A stretch of 63,918 nucleotides of DNA, filler included, from Rhabdomonas costata (taxonomy: Eukaryota), in assembly GCA_019059605.1 (NCBI GenBank). It is 55 parts of 55 records of this genome, joined end to end, with 100 filler letters (N's around TTAATTAATTAA, not from the genome) between each part and the next. Parts side by side here need not be neighbours in the genome. Positions count along the whole stretch, not along the records: positions 60,528 to 61,590 come from JAHMHO010030576.1; positions 61,691 to 62,754 come from JAHMHO010030577.1; positions 62,855 to 63,918 come from JAHMHO010030578.1; 52 more parts are not named here. One strand, given 5' to 3'. Position numbers and translations under genes: made by a program. Below are positions 60,428 to 63,918 of the stretch, piece after piece. Numbering within the stretch: the first letter of the stretch is position 1; every line of letters starts with the position of its first letter. The notes beneath the pieces are model-generated. The model searched no databases, had not been told where the DNA came from, and saw only the letters and a list, made by a program, of their open reading frames with translations.

Positions 60428-63169
60428 NNNNNNNNNNNNNNNNNNNNNNNNNNNNNNNNNNNNNNNNNNNNTTAATTAATTAANNNNNNNNNNNNNNNNN
60501 NNNNNNNNNNNNNNNNNNNNNNNNNNNTGTGGTTTTGGATGCCGAGTTGGCATTGTTCATCTTGCAAAAAAAAATGTTCCAATGGTTCACGCTCTGTCTC
60601 TGTAGCGAACCACTGGGTTCAGAACGATTTGCTTCAATTGAGGCGCAAGAACTGTGCGCGGGGAACTCAACGGGGCTTCAGAAAAAGGACTTGGGTGTGA
60701 GCGTCAACTTTCACTTATGTACTGTTGGAGTGGGAAATTGAGTGAGGCTGAAAAGAATTATTGAGTTTGCACGGTTTGAAACGGGCTCTTCCTGTGGCTG
60801 TGATCAACTTTCCTGTTCCAGACACATCTAGTTGGACAAAGGCACCCGCATTCGAGGGGTGCTTTAATTTTCTTTTTAATTTTTAACCTGCTCACTTCGA
60901 CGAATGTGGACTTCTCAGTGAGGAGAGACGCGATCCAGTACCACAGTGGTCGGTTGGGGCCTGGTTACCTGCCCATAATTAGTTTGATGGCAGCACTTCT
61001 GAGTTCTGACAACTCCTTCCTTTTGAAGGGTCCATGAGCCTTACAGCTTTCTTGACTTTTCCTTACTTCCACGGGCTGTGGGTTGCTGCACTCTGCGTTT
61101 ACTTGTTCAGCGGTATTGTGTAATTTTGAAAGGACGTTGAAACGCTCCCCGTGACACAAAATGGGACCTTTTTGAGGTCACAGTCCACACTGGGATACAG
61201 CCCCTGAGGTTTTAGAAACCTCTTGTCAACGTTAGCTCTCGACCCGACATTCCCCATTTCAAAGAGCGACGTGAATCAAAACCACCTACTCCGTACCTGT
61301 TCTAATGGGCGACTGATGTCTTTCGCAGACATTGGAAGAGGTGTAATTTTTCTTCAATTATAATTTAGTATTCATAAATATGCTTTTTATTCTTCTTTCT
61401 GTTCGTTTCAGCCAGCATGTACTCCTGGGCATGCTAAGCAGGCCGACCGAAATCTCAGGGAAAGGTCACCCAGCCCCTAGAAAATTTTTGGAGTCAAAAT
61501 GCCCTTTAAAGGGACAAAATAGTCACTCAAGGGTGTGTCGGCCAGGGAGCAGCCAACCAACTCAACTCAGGAGTACTACCACCCCCACCCNNNNNNNNNN
61601 NNNNNNNNNNNNNNNNNNNNNNNNNNNNNNNNNNTTAATTAATTAANNNNNNNNNNNNNNNNNNNNNNNNNNNNNNNNNNNNNNNNNNNNGGTTGTGTTG
61701 AGGTTCCAAAGGACATTTCTCGTTGCTGTATTATCCTTATGCGTGAAGGTCAACATGGCAATTCCTGTCATGCTATATTTCTTCTGGAGTGAAAGGAAAG
61801 GAAGCGAAAGCAAAGGAAACGCAGGTTCGACCCGATGGATAAGTCATCCCCATGACAGGAAAGACATGAAAAATGGGTGCGGGAAGTCGCAGAGCGTCTT
61901 CCTGCGTTGATATTGATATTGCTGAATTTCCAAAAAATATTTGTTGGAGGTAGAGAGCGTTGTGCGCACTACAGGTTGTCCGCGGTTGGTCCACTGCACT
62001 ACTCCCAAAATCTTGGGTACGGGAAACGTTATGGCTGTGGTCGAGAATTCGATAGAATTTTCCTTCTCCAAATATGTGCCTGCTCGCCGAGACATCAGCA
62101 CTCAGCTCACAAAGACTTTTGTTGCCCAATAAACTCAGTTGATAAACAGATGTTCCCGTACTCATTAGAAGGGAAGGGAGAAATGGCAAATCCCCCTTCA
62201 CTTTCAAATCAGTTGAAATGCAACATCGCTCAATCACTTCCTTGTTCACAGGGTGACGGGCCCTCATTTGGTGTGGTGAGGAAACCCATACCACGGGAAG
62301 GGCGGGGAGGGGGTCGACACATCGCCGGTGTCTATGAAGGCCCGCGGGGGTTGCAAACCAACCAATGAAATCATCGCTGACAGCATTCCGAGCAGAATGT
62401 AAGCGATGTCTGTGGTAAGGAACGCCTCAACCCTTCAGGATTCAGGATACGTGGCGATTGCCCCGACTCTGGTGGCGGGTATAACACGCTGGGCTGACTG
62501 ACCTAGCCCAACAGAGATTCAGGAGATGCATTTATGGGACGAAGAGAAAATGGCGCAGGTGGTTCCCATCTTAATAGTCCGGCCGCAGTGCTAAGGCGCC
62601 TAAACCTCTCAGAGATATGCTGCCACACACAAATCCCGGCGACAGCCAGCGCGCAGTCGCATGCCTTTATCGCATTGGCCGCCGCCCCGGCTTGAACGAG
62701 GGCCTGGAAAAGCTCCCCCGACGCGCTCTTTGCCGATGCCGCATAGCGCAGCGGNNNNNNNNNNNNNNNNNNNNNNNNNNNNNNNNNNNNNNNNNNNNTT
62801 AATTAATTAANNNNNNNNNNNNNNNNNNNNNNNNNNNNNNNNNNNNNNNNNNNNGTTTTAGGAATGTGCGGGCGTTTCCCCCTTCCCATTTCCCAGTCCA
62901 GGGTTCCTGAAAAGTTAGTGTGCGATTTCTGTTGAAATCTACATTTAAAAACTATGGATGCTCAACGGCACGTTGAAAAAGCAACCGGTTCGACATGTTT
63001 TGCTTGGTTGGTTCCGGCGCTGAATCGCATCCGACTCGGAATTGTTTGGAGGAGACAATTCACTTCGCACGCGCACATATCGCGAGATACTGCCCGAGTC
63101 ACAGTGAGCATTTTAGAAATTCATGTATTTGAAAAACATACTCTGAACGCGGCGTTCCATCCACAACAC

Positions 63170-63840
63170 GGAGATATATATTTGCCCGTGAAAAAGTTTG
63201 TTGTGGAACCTCCATTGAACTGCTATACTTGAACAGTATGATTGCACTGTAAACGCAGCATGATGGCATGCTTTCCTGGTGTGGTACGAAAAGTGATGGG
63301 GGGAGGGGGGTAAGATTTGTTCGGCGTTTTCCAGACATCACAATTCGTGGCCAGTTTTTGCAGTGTCATCGCTTCGCCATCACAGCCAGCATCCATTCGT
63401 AAACGCGAAGAAATTCATCCCCTAACCTCTTCTTACCAACGGTTCCCCAGGATACCCATAAAAGGAGGAAGATGCAGGGAACCTGTCACACAATCATTAG
63501 GGTTGTCTTATATAATAAAAGCCTCAAAAGCTCATCAATGCTCCCCCACAGCGGGAGCTTGCTCGACAAAAACAGGCCCCCAGCTCATGCTCCTCAGTTG
63601 ATCTGAAGGAAAGGAGACACTGTCTTCTGTGCTCAGCTGATCGAAATGTCTTTCGGTTTATGGTTCTAGTTTGCAATAGCCTTTTTGACGCTCACACCGT
63701 TGTCACGTGGGACGGCATTCACACCAACACTTCGAAATACGACAAACATTTCTGAAGTGAAGCACAAAGTATGAAGCGATCGCAGAAGAAGCCTTCCAGC
63801 CCAACGTTTTTCAGTGGTGATCTCGTGGTGCCAGAAGTTC
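63170..63840 (-). CDS. Probable multi-exon gene with short introns, unknown product (weak CUB-like segment)
   Basis: Several short AG...GT-bounded segments, e.g. NFWHHEITTEK|QMFVVFRSVGVNAVPRDN; the full phase chain was not verified. Confidence 0.3.
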
Positions 63841-63918
63841 TAGAAGTACAAGAACCAACCGTTTACCCCACAGCTTCCCGCTTTTCCGTTCGTATCCCCG
63901 CACTTACTAAGGAAAAAG

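Noticed and set aside
1065-62854. Regularly spaced TTAATTAATTAA as a CRISPR-like array or biological repeat
   Set aside because: It is embedded in fixed N runs and is an all-frame-stop contig linker; neighbouring contigs share no synteny.

Overview
This is not contiguous DNA. It is about 55 unrelated contigs of ~1.06 kb, joined by an artificial 100-nt linker (44 N + TTAATTAATTAA + 44 N). Many contigs begin with G/T-only and end with C/A-only stretches, and six carry terminal fold-back duplications, consistent with whole-genome-amplified (probably single-cell) material. Most contigs are intron-rich nuclear DNA of a protist: GC-rich exons and GT-AG introns with a very relaxed donor consensus. 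A euglenid or other euglenozoan is my best inference, not proven. Recognisable host gene pieces are CABLES, a UCP4-like mitochondrial carrier, CPSF160, MCM9, HYOU1/Grp170, PDXDC1-like, acyl-protein thioesterase, a PstS-like domain, and EF-hand, WD40, Cys-rich repeat and D/D-domain proteins. Three contigs look foreign. (i) 1-1064 is an AT-rich Polinton/Polinton-like-virus morphogenesis module: capsid C-terminus, a Gly/Lys/Arg-rich core-like protein with adenain-type cleavage sites, and an adenain-like protease broken by one TAG. (ii) 32596-33659 is an AT-rich giant-virus-like contig with an SF2 helicase tail and a beta-propeller-like ORF. (iii) 3495-4204 is a decayed alphaproteobacterial-type aspS abutting host-like DNA. 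Two decayed copies of one Ty3/gypsy family, a small Tc1/mariner-type MITE and degenerate TTAGGG tracts are also present. All family assignments come from motif recognition by eye; no database search was run.
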